Shown: positions 11,673 through 19,445 of the stretch, piece by piece
Layout: each line of letters opens with the position of its first letter
How positions within the stretch are numbered: the first letter of the stretch is position 1
Origin: Acidobacteriota bacterium
GTDB taxonomy: Bacteria; Acidobacteriota; Vicinamibacteria; Vicinamibacterales; UBA2999
Length of the DNA: 64,000 nt
Direction: 5' to 3'
Assembly (NCBI GenBank): GCA_052389315.1
Contig: JBQTIE010000051.1
Span: forward strand, 2,793-66,792
Notes under the pieces: generated by a model
What the model was told of the DNA's origin: nothing
Database searches by the model: none
Seen by the model: only the letters and a program-made list of their open reading frames with translations
Program-made: the position numbers and the translations under genes

Positions 11673-11699
11673 TTAGCACTCGTCAGGTTCGACTGCTAA
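11673..11699 (+). promoter_or_regulatory. CIRCE operator (HrcA binding site)
   Basis: TTAGCACTC-gtcaggttc-GACTGCTAA matches the consensus TTAGCACTC-N9-GAGTGCTAA at 17 of 18 arm positions with exact 9-nt spacing. It lies directly in front of hrcA. Confidence 0.85.
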
Positions 11700-12748
11700 T
11701 GACTTCGCCGGCGCTTCTAGACCGGACGCGTCGCATACTCGCGGCGCTGATTCGCGAGTACATCGAGACGGGCGAACCGGTCGCGTCAGGAGCCCTGACG
11801 CGGCGGGCCGGCTTGGCCGTCTCGTCGGCCACGATCCGGAACGTTCTCGCGCAACTCGAAGCGATGGGGTTTGTACGTCAACCTCATACGTCCGCTGGTC
11901 GTGTGCCTACCGATCTCGGCTATCGGTTCTACGTGGATCTGCTCCTCGACACCAAGCGCACCTCCAAGGATGCGGCGGGCGTCGAGGCCCGGCTTCGCCG
12001 GGAGGCTGGCGATGCGCCGCTCATCGACGATCTGATGTCCAGCGCCTCCCACGTGCTGTCCGCGATGTCCCACCACGTCGGATTCGCCGTCGCCCCCGCC
12101 AACACCAAGGCGCTGTTTCATCGAATCGAGTTCGTGCCGCTCGGCGGCTCACACATTCTGGTCGTCGTCGTGGCGCGCGGGCACCAGGTGTCGCAGAAGA
12201 CCATCGACCTCGGCGAGGAAGTCGACCCCGGGGACTTGAACCAGGCAGCCGCGTACCTCAACCGGGAATTTTCTGGTTGCACACTGGACGATGTCCGACA
12301 GGAGATTCTCGAGCGGCTGCGCGAGGAGCGCACGTTGTACGACCAGCTTCTCGGACTCGCGCTGCGGTTGGCAAGCGGGGCGCTCGTCTACTTCGAGAGG
12401 CCGACCGTCTCGATTGACGGGGCATCGACGCTGCTCGACGAGGCCGTGCACGCCAGCGGCTGGTCCCTGCCTGCCCTGCGGGCGCTGCTGCTCATGGTGG
12501 AAGAGAAGCAGCGGTTGGTCCGCCTGTTGAGCGAGTACATCGACGGCCCGGGATTGACGGTCGTGATCGGCGCCGAACACAGCGACCCCGAGCTGCGGCC
12601 GTTCAGCCTGATTGCGTCCACGTACTTCGACGGCCACAACACCGGGATGGTCGGCGTGATCGGGCCCACCAGAATGCGGTATTCACAGGCCATCGACGTT
12701 GTGGATCACGCTGCCAGGGCCGTGGGACGGGTCCTGGCCGCAAGCTGA
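11699..12748 (+). CDS. hrcA: heat-inducible transcription repressor HrcA
   Basis: LDRTRRILAALIREYIETGEPVASGALTRR...SSATIRNVLAQLEAMGFVRQPHTSAGRVPTDLGYRFYVD. Start at ATG 11699 (M19 of the track ORF). Confidence 0.94.
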   Translation: MTSPALLDRTRRILAALIREYIETGEPVASGALTRRAGLAVSSATIRNVLAQLEAMGFVRQPHTSAGRVPTDLGYRFYVDLLLDTKRTSKDAAGVEARLRREAGDAPLIDDLMSSASHVLSAMSHHVGFAVAPANTKALFHRIEFVPLGGSHILVVVVARGHQVSQKTIDLGEEVDPGDLNQAAAYLNREFSGCTLDDVRQEILERLREERTLYDQLLGLALRLASGALVYFERPTVSIDGASTLLDEAVHASGWSLPALRALLLMVEEKQRLVRLLSEYIDGPGLTVVIGAEHSDPELRPFSLIASTYFDGHNTGMVGVIGPTRMRYSQAIDVVDHAARAVGRVLAAS

Positions 12749-13350
12749 TGGCTGTCGTCCCCCCACCGGACACCATGAACGACGACGAGATGCTGGAGCC
12801 CGACGACGGGTCTGCCCAGACGCAGCGGGCGGGCGGCGAGGAAGAGCGCGACGAGACGACGGAGCCCCCGGCACCTGCCGCCGGTGACAACGCGACATCC
12901 GCAGACTCGAGCCAGTTGCAGCGCGAGCGCGATGATTTGTACGATCGCCTGCTCCGCAAGACCGCGGAGTTCGACAACTTCCGGAAGCGGATCGAGAAGG
13001 AGCGGCGTGAACACGCTGAATGGGCGGCCGCCGACGTGCTGGCGGACGTCCTGACAGTGCTCGACGATTTCGATCGCGCCCTGGCCGCCGAGGCGCCCGC
13101 CGAAGCCCAGGCGTATCGCACCGGCGTCGAGCTGATCCGCCGCCAACTGGGTGAAGTCCTGCGCAAGCGCGGGGTTACGCCCATCGACGCCATGGGCGCC
13201 GAGTTCGACCCGCACCTGCATCAAGCGGTGGCGTACGAGGAGACGGCTGGCGCCCGCGAGGGCGAAGTCATCGGCGAGCTGCGGAAGGGCTACCGGCTCG
13301 GGGAGCGCCTGTTGCGGCCGGCGCTGGTTCGGGTGGCCAAGGCATCGTGA
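12748..13350 (+). CDS. grpE: nucleotide exchange factor GrpE
   Basis: LLRKTAEFDNFRKRIEKERRE ... FDPHLHQAV ... GYRLGERLLRPALVRV. The start overlaps the hrcA stop (TGATG). Confidence 0.93.
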   Translation: MAVVPPPDTMNDDEMLEPDDGSAQTQRAGGEEERDETTEPPAPAAGDNATSADSSQLQRERDDLYDRLLRKTAEFDNFRKRIEKERREHAEWAAADVLADVLTVLDDFDRALAAEAPAEAQAYRTGVELIRRQLGEVLRKRGVTPIDAMGAEFDPHLHQAVAYEETAGAREGEVIGELRKGYRLGERLLRPALVRVAKAS

Positions 13351-14495
13351 GCAAGCGCGACTATTACGCCGTCCTGGGCGTGGACCGAAACGCGAGCGAC
13401 CAGGAGATCAAGAGCGCGTATCGCAAGCTGGCGCTGCAGTTCCATCCCGATCGCAACCCCGGCGACAAGCGGGCCGAGGAGCAGTTCAAGGAGGCCGCCG
13501 AGGCCTACGCCGTCCTGGCCGACGCCGACAAGCGCAGCCGCTACGATCGCTTCGGACATGCCTCGGTGAGCGGCGCCGCCGGCACGCCCGGCGGGTTCGA
13601 TCCGACCATCTTCGCGGAGTTTGACGACATCTTCGGCAGCCTCGGCGACATGTTCGGCTTCGGCAGCATCTTCGGGGGCGGCCGGCGGCGGACAGGGCCA
13701 CAGCGCGGCGCCGACCTGCGTTACGACCTCGAGATCCCCTTCGATCACGCGGCCACGGGTGCAGAGACGACCATCCAGATTCCCAGGCGTGAGTCGTGCG
13801 ACGCGTGCCGTGGAAGCGGCGCCGCACCCGGCTCGTCGCCCTCGGTCTGCCCGACCTGTCGGGGAACCGGTCAGCAGCGGTACCAGCAGGGCTTCTTCAC
13901 CGTCGCCCGCACGTGCGGACAATGCCGTGGCAATGGACGCCTCATCTCAAAGCCTTGCCCGGCGTGCCAGGGAGCCGGCGCCATCGAACAGCAGCGCAAG
14001 CTCGTCGTCAAGATCCCGGCTGGCATCGCCACCGGACAGCGGCTCCGCCTCTCCGGCGAAGGTGAGGCCGGCGCGCTCGGGGGCCCGCCGGGCGACCTGT
14101 ACGTCGTGATCAGCGTCGAAGAACATCCGGTGTTTCATCGCGAAGGCAACGATCTCGCCTGCACGATGCCTGTGCAATTCACCACGCTGGCCTTGGGGGG
14201 CGAGGTCACGGTGCCCGGACTCAACGGCACCACCGAGACGGTCAAGGTGCCTGACGGGACGCCGACCGGTACCATCTTTCGTTTGCGAGGCAAGGGGATG
14301 CCCGACGTGTCGGGCCGTGGACGCGGGGACCTGCACGTCACCGTCGAGGCCGTCACGCCCAAGAAGCTGACCCGCGAGCAGCGCCAGCTGCTCGCGCAAT
14401 TGGCCGAGACGCTCTCGCCCAAGGACTTCGAGCCGACGACCCGCGAGTCCGACGACCGCGGCCTGTTCGACAAGGTCAAAGATATCTTTGGGTGA
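13347..14495 (+). CDS. dnaJ: molecular chaperone DnaJ
   Basis: J-domain with the HPD motif (FHPDRNPGD), a G/F region, and four CxxCxG zinc-finger repeats (CDACRGSG, CPTCRGTG, CGQCRGNG, CPACQGAG). The GTG start overlaps the grpE stop (GTGA). Confidence 0.95.
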   Translation: MSKRDYYAVLGVDRNASDQEIKSAYRKLALQFHPDRNPGDKRAEEQFKEAAEAYAVLADADKRSRYDRFGHASVSGAAGTPGGFDPTIFAEFDDIFGSLGDMFGFGSIFGGGRRRTGPQRGADLRYDLEIPFDHAATGAETTIQIPRRESCDACRGSGAAPGSSPSVCPTCRGTGQQRYQQGFFTVARTCGQCRGNGRLISKPCPACQGAGAIEQQRKLVVKIPAGIATGQRLRLSGEGEAGALGGPPGDLYVVISVEEHPVFHREGNDLACTMPVQFTTLALGGEVTVPGLNGTTETVKVPDGTPTGTIFRLRGKGMPDVSGRGRGDLHVTVEAVTPKKLTREQRQLLAQLAETLSPKDFEPTTRESDDRGLFDKVKDIFG

Positions 14496-15441
14496 GGCCC
14501 GCGTCTGGCCCGCGCTCACCATCGAGGGCGCACCGGAACCGCCCGACACGCCGTTGGCGCTCGCCGAGCTCGTCTCATCCCTCCTGGACGACTTCAACCC
14601 GCTCGCCATCGAGGATCTCACGCCGTGTGTCATCCTGCCCGGCGGCCTGTGGGATCCGACCTGGCTCGCGCCCACTGAGGCGGAGGACGCCCGCCTGCAC
14701 TGGCGCGCGTACTTCTCGTCCTCCGACCTCCGCGACTCGGCCCGGGCCGCGCTCAGAATCTCACTCCCGCACCTGAAGGTCGATTCCGTCGACGTTCCAG
14801 ACGAGGACTGGGCCAGGCGCTCGCAGCGCGCCGTAACCGCCGTCACGGCAGGCGCCTTTGTGGTGGCTCCGCCGTGGGATCTTCCACGCGATCCGCCGGA
14901 CAACTCCGTCGTGGTCGTCATCGAACCGTCGCGAGGATTCGGCACGGGCCACCACGCCTCGACGCGACTGTGTCTTCGCGCCCTGTCGACGCTCAGCCTG
15001 GCTGGCGCGCGCGTCCTCGATCTCGGGACCGGGTCCGGCGTCCTCGCCATCGCCGCCGCACTCCGGCGCGCCGCACAGGTGACGGCCGTCGACCTCGACG
15101 CCGACGCCATCGACGCCGCCCGAGCAAGCGCCAGGCTCAACGACGTGCAGGTCCCCCTCGAGTGGCTGGTCGGGGACTTTCGCACGCCACGCGGCAATTT
15201 GGCCCGTCGCCCCTTCGACGTCGTCGTGGCCAATCTGACGGGCGGTCTCTTGAGAACCTCCGCCGCCAGGATTCGCGAGCTCGTCAGCCCGACGGGCTGC
15301 CTGATTGTGAGCGGGTTCGACGAAGCCGAATGGCCCGACGTCGGCCGGGCACTCGGTCTGCCGTGCCGCGCCGTGTACGAGGAAGAAGGCTGGATTGGTG
15401 CGGTCCTGGACGGTCCTGGCGGGAGAGACGCCATCGTTTGA
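14488..15441 (+). CDS. prmA: ribosomal protein L11 methyltransferase
   Basis: IEPSRGFGTGHHASTRLCL and SAM-binding VLDLGTGSGVLAIAA...DLDADAI. The track start is TTG 14488; GTG 14503 (VWPALTIEG) is an equally plausible start. Confidence 0.85.
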   Translation: MGEARVWPALTIEGAPEPPDTPLALAELVSSLLDDFNPLAIEDLTPCVILPGGLWDPTWLAPTEAEDARLHWRAYFSSSDLRDSARAALRISLPHLKVDSVDVPDEDWARRSQRAVTAVTAGAFVVAPPWDLPRDPPDNSVVVVIEPSRGFGTGHHASTRLCLRALSTLSLAGARVLDLGTGSGVLAIAAALRRAAQVTAVDLDADAIDAARASARLNDVQVPLEWLVGDFRTPRGNLARRPFDVVVANLTGGLLRTSAARIRELVSPTGCLIVSGFDEAEWPDVGRALGLPCRAVYEEEGWIGAVLDGPGGRDAIV

Positions 15442-15502
15442 CTGGACAGCCGGGACTCGAGTGATCGATAACTGTCGCTGTCTGCCCAACCGGAGTCAAC
15501 CT

Positions 15503-17842
15503 ATGCTGCGAGACTTGCCTCGACCGTCCGTGCTCACGATGATGCTCTGCCTCATGCTGGCTGCAGTGGGCGAAGCGCAATACGTGGTCAACAGCACGCT
15601 CGATGAGCGCGATCTCGTGCCCGGCGATGGGGCGTGTCTGACCGCGTCCGGCGTCTGCACGCTGCGAGCCGCGATTCAGGATGCCAACGTGGCGCCCGGA
15701 CTCAACACGGTAACGGTGCCCGCCGGCGTGTTTCGCCTCACGATCAGCGGCACCGGTGAAGACGATGGGGCCACCGGCGACCTGGACGTGACTCAGGATC
15801 TCATCATCGAGGGCGTCCGCTCGGTGAGCACGATCATCGACGCCGCCGGGCTCGACCGCGTGGTCGATCACCGCGGCGGAACCCTCAGGCTGCGCCGCGT
15901 CACCATTCGAGGAGGCGCGGCCGAACATGGAGGCGGCGTCCGTTCCGCCGTACCCACCTTGATCGTCGAAGACTCGGTGATCCGGGACAACATGGCGACC
16001 GGGACCGGCGGCGGCCTCTTCCTCTCCTACCCCGCGCAAATCACGCGCACGACGGTCGCTTTGAACCATGCGGGCACTGAGGGCGGTGGCATTTACGCCG
16101 GAGTCTCGGTCCCCTCCGGCCTCCACGAGATTTCCAACACCACGATCAGCACGAACCAGGCCGGAACCCGCGGAGCGGGCCTTTCGGTCGCCACAGCGGC
16201 GGGTGCCGGATCGGGCGCGGTGCTGCTGCACGTCACGCTGCACTTGAACGCCGCCCCGGAGGGTGCGTCGGTGTTCACGGGCCCCGCAGCCTCGACGACG
16301 CTGCGCAACACGATTGTGTCGGCCGGCGCAAGCAACTGCGCGGGGGCCGGCACGATTGCAGACGAGGGGGGGAATCTGGCCGCGACGCCCTGCGGCAGCG
16401 TGCCCGTCTCGGCCGCCCTGTTCGACTCGATCGAAACGCTCGCGTTGTATCACCCCCCGATCACTCCGGGGCCGTCGCTGGGACACGGCCTGGCAGCATC
16501 AAGCCCCGCGATCGGCTTGGCGGCCTCGGCCTTCTGTCCCGGCGTCGATCAGCGCGGGATTCCTCGGCCTGAGGGCGGCAGTTGTGACAGCGGCGCGTTC
16601 GAGTTCAGCCCGGCCAATGGGCCCTACAATCCATCGCCAGCCTCGCTCAGGTTGTCGCCCATCGGCGATCAAGTCATTCGAGTCGGCACCTCCACGCATG
16701 AACTGATCGTGCGCGCCTTCGACGGGGTGGCCCCGCTCGAGCAGCTTGTCCTGAGCGGCGTCTCCTCGAACCCGGCGCTGGTGTCGCCGGGCGGCATCCG
16801 CATCACGCGACTCGCAGACGGCGTGTGGTCGGTCCGCGCCTTCGCCACGCCGTTCGGCACGGGGACCGTGCTGATTCAACTCCGCGCCGTGAGTTTCGCG
16901 CCGGATGACCAGGCCAGCTCGAGCTTTGCGCTGACGCTGTCTGGCGCCGATGGGGGCGCTGGCGGGGGTACGCCCGCTGCGGGCATTGGACAGCCCCCGG
17001 GCGCGGCCGTCGCGACGCCTTCTGGCGCGGGCACCGTCCTGACGTGGCCAGCATCCGGCGCGCCGGGCCTGCGGCAATATGCAGTGACCGGCGGCCGAAC
17101 GGCCGGTGGGACGAGCCTGCCCGTGCTGCTCACGTCCGGCACCGAGACGACGATGACGCTCCCGTCCCTGCCAGCGGGGACCTACGCGTTCCGGGTCTAT
17201 GCCATCGGCGCCCACGGCGTCACGGCACCATCAGCGGACGCCGCCGCCTCGGTCGGCAGCGCCGAGGCGCCCGGGCCCCCGTTCGGGGTAGCGGCAACGG
17301 CGGTGGTCCAAGCAGTGGAGGTCACGGGGCGGGCGCCGGCCTTTGGCGGCGCACCCTCCGCGTTTCGCGTGGAATTCGGGTCCACGCCCGGTGCATCCAA
17401 TGTGGCGTCGGTCATGCCCACGGCCGCCCCGTTCCAGCAGCCGCTTGGCAACGGTCTGTATTGGGTGCAGGCACGAGCGCTGGCAGGCGCGCTCGTGGGT
17501 GTACCGTCTTCGACGTTTGCCGTCCGTGTCGGCCCGGTGTTGACCGGCTGCAACGAAGCGCCCCTCGCACCGATCCTGCTGCCCGCGTCCACCACGGGAC
17601 CGACGATGACCCTGACGTGGTTGCCGAGCCCGACGGGGCCCGTGGCCTCGACCTTCGTGCTCGAACGCCTGTCGGGACCCATTGGACTCCCGCTCGAGGT
17701 CTTGAATCTCACCACGCAAGCCACGGTCCATGTGGCCGACCTCCCGGCAGGAACGCACTACTTCCGCGTTGCCGGTCGTGCGCCCTGCGGGATCGGACAG
17801 TTCTCGAACCTCGTGGCCGTGGTCGTCGGCGGCGCGCCGTAG
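15503..17842 (+). CDS. secreted CSLREA-motif / parallel beta-helix (choice-of-anchor-Q-like) protein with three C-terminal FN3-like modules
   Basis: Signal peptide MLRDLPRPSVLTMMLCLMLAAVGEAQ and the motif GVCTLRAAIQDAN. Glycine-rich helix rungs (GGGVRS, GGGLFL, GGGIYA, GAGLSV) and DQRGIPRPEGGSCDSGAFEF. Three roughly 90-aa repeats end in LPAGTYAFRVYA, GLYWVQARA and LPAGTHYFRVAG. Start at ATG 15503. Confidence 0.6.
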   Translation: MLRDLPRPSVLTMMLCLMLAAVGEAQYVVNSTLDERDLVPGDGACLTASGVCTLRAAIQDANVAPGLNTVTVPAGVFRLTISGTGEDDGATGDLDVTQDLIIEGVRSVSTIIDAAGLDRVVDHRGGTLRLRRVTIRGGAAEHGGGVRSAVPTLIVEDSVIRDNMATGTGGGLFLSYPAQITRTTVALNHAGTEGGGIYAGVSVPSGLHEISNTTISTNQAGTRGAGLSVATAAGAGSGAVLLHVTLHLNAAPEGASVFTGPAASTTLRNTIVSAGASNCAGAGTIADEGGNLAATPCGSVPVSAALFDSIETLALYHPPITPGPSLGHGLAASSPAIGLAASAFCPGVDQRGIPRPEGGSCDSGAFEFSPANGPYNPSPASLRLSPIGDQVIRVGTSTHELIVRAFDGVAPLEQLVLSGVSSNPALVSPGGIRITRLADGVWSVRAFATPFGTGTVLIQLRAVSFAPDDQASSSFALTLSGADGGAGGGTPAAGIGQPPGAAVATPSGAGTVLTWPASGAPGLRQYAVTGGRTAGGTSLPVLLTSGTETTMTLPSLPAGTYAFRVYAIGAHGVTAPSADAAASVGSAEAPGPPFGVAATAVVQAVEVTGRAPAFGGAPSAFRVEFGSTPGASNVASVMPTAAPFQQPLGNGLYWVQARALAGALVGVPSSTFAVRVGPVLTGCNEAPLAPILLPASTTGPTMTLTWLPSPTGPVASTFVLERLSGPIGLPLEVLNLTTQATVHVADLPAGTHYFRVAGRAPCGIGQFSNLVAVVVGGAP

Positions 17843-17857
17843 GGCGCCGCCGACCGG

Positions 17858-18628
17858 TCACGGTCCGACCGGGCGCTGTTGATTCTTGGCGCGCCGCTGA
17901 TTCCACCCCTCGACGAGCCGCCGTATTTCCTTCAGCGGATCCGGGTTGTCGTCGACCTGGAGTCTCATGACCACGTCGTTGTTGAGCCAGACACCCATCC
18001 CCTTGCCGACGATCAGGACGGCGGCCGACTGCATGCCGCGCGTGTCGCCTCCGGCCGCCTGCCCCGCGTCGAGCGCCGCTATGAGCCGCAGCGAGAGGTG
18101 TCCCGGGGTCTCTTCGAAGGCGCGGATCATGTTGGCCACGACGGGCTCGCCGGCGAGGATGTTCCCCTGGGCCGTGGAGAACTTGCCTTGACGGTGCCCG
18201 GCCCAAGCGGAGGCTTTCGGGCCGGTGAACACCGACGTGTGGCCCTTGGCATCGATGACCGCAAACTGACGCCCCTGCTTGGTCCAGTTCTCGGGTCGAG
18301 GATCAGGGTCGCTGTCCCAGATGGCCTTGATGATGGCCTCAGGTGACATCCCGGCCCTCAGCAGGGCCAGCCCCTTCGGCCCATAACTCACGTCGACGAT
18401 AGCCTGGGTGGCGACCATCCCGACGCCGGCCTCGGCCCACAGGACGCCGTTGCCCACCGAGAACACCCGGGACTGCACGCCCCCGCCGATTTCCCCGGTC
18501 GCGGGGTCGTATCCAAGGATTGAAAAGGTCGCGACCGGATCGGGCGCGGGTTGCGCCTGAACTGTCCACCCGATCACCGCCACCAGTGTGCTGAAAAGCA
18601 GCGCCGAGCCGCGCGTCGTGGATGTCAT
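17858..18628 (-). CDS. DUF1028-family protein (Ntn-hydrolase-like) with an N-terminal signal/pro-sequence
   Basis: TFSILGYDPATGEIGGGVQSRVFSVGNGVLWAEAGVGMVATQA is the conserved DUF1028 N-terminal block. It is preceded by MTSTTRGSALLFSTLVAVIGWTVQAQPAPDPVA. The start is 10 nt after the rsmE stop. Confidence 0.72.
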   Translation of the reverse strand: MTSTTRGSALLFSTLVAVIGWTVQAQPAPDPVATFSILGYDPATGEIGGGVQSRVFSVGNGVLWAEAGVGMVATQAIVDVSYGPKGLALLRAGMSPEAIIKAIWDSDPDPRPENWTKQGRQFAVIDAKGHTSVFTGPKASAWAGHRQGKFSTAQGNILAGEPVVANMIRAFEETPGHLSLRLIAALDAGQAAGGDTRGMQSAAVLIVGKGMGVWLNNDVVMRLQVDDNPDPLKEIRRLVEGWNQRRAKNQQRPVGP

Positions 18629-18638
18629 GACCGCCCCC

Positions 18639-19376
18639 CTACCAATCGTTCCACAAAGTACGCAGCACGGTGAGCGCAACGCTCGGTGCCGCGTCGGCCC
18701 TCAGCGTCACGCGCCCGAACGTGACCGGCCGCACGCCGACATCGCCGGCTTGTTCGACTTCTTCAGGCGTCCATCCGCCCTCGGGCCCCACCCACAGCTC
18801 GACTGCCGGGACCCGGACCAGTTCCCCAAAAGGTCCCCTGCGTCGATGACCTCCTCCGGGTTCGACCAGCATGATGCGCATGCCATCGGGGGGCGCCGCG
18901 AGGGCATCGGCAAAAGAGACGGCGTCGAAGACGGTGGGCACGACCGCTCTTCCGCATTGCTTCGACGAGGCCACCGCGATTCGCTGCCAGCGCGCCACCC
19001 GGCGACCCTTGCGGATTGCCGCCTGCGTCGTTTCCGTGCGGGCGGTGACCAGCGGTCGGACCCACCGCACCCCCAGCATCACCGCATCCCGCACGACCTC
19101 GTCCATCTTGTCTGACTTCAGCGTCGACATGGCAAGTCCGATCGACACCGCTGCCTCGGGGGCGGGCTCGACTTCTTGCCGAAGAACCACGGTCACCGCA
19201 CGCTTGGCGATGCGGCCGATCACGGCCTCCCACTCGTGCCCGCGCCCGTCGAACACCCGGATCGGATCGCCCTGCGACAATCGGAGCACGCGTGACGCGT
19301 GGGTCGCTTCCTGATCTGGCAGGGGGATCTCGGCCCCCGTCACGCTGGCATCGGGCGCATGAAAGCGTGCAGGCAC
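18639..19376 (-). CDS. rsmE: 16S rRNA (uracil1498-N3)-methyltransferase
   Basis: (V)PARFHAPD...IRVFDGRGHEWEAVI...IGLAMSTLKSDKMDEVVRDAVMLGV...VGPEGGWTPEE. The GTG start at 19376 gives a 245-aa protein. The upstream part of track ORF 18639..19868 is antisense to the kinase gene. Confidence 0.85.
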   Translation of the reverse strand: MPARFHAPDASVTGAEIPLPDQEATHASRVLRLSQGDPIRVFDGRGHEWEAVIGRIAKRAVTVVLRQEVEPAPEAAVSIGLAMSTLKSDKMDEVVRDAVMLGVRWVRPLVTARTETTQAAIRKGRRVARWQRIAVASSKQCGRAVVPTVFDAVSFADALAAPPDGMRIMLVEPGGGHRRRGPFGELVRVPAVELWVGPEGGWTPEEVEQAGDVGVRPVTFGRVTLRADAAPSVALTVLRTLWNDW

Positions 19377-19383
19377 CGGCCGC

Positions 19384-19438
19384 AGTATACGGGACGACGA
19401 CGGGCGACGGGGAGGCGCCCTGGGAACTCCTCTATACT
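19384..19438. promoter_or_regulatory. divergent promoter region with two mirrored TATACT -10 boxes
   Basis: The minus-strand TATACT (19384..19389) lies 7 nt from the rsmE GTG at 19376. The plus-strand TATACT (19433..19438) lies 7 nt from the kinase GTG at 19446. No Shine-Dalgarno sequence precedes either start and no clear -35 was seen. Confidence 0.45.
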
Positions 19439-19445
19439 CACGGAC

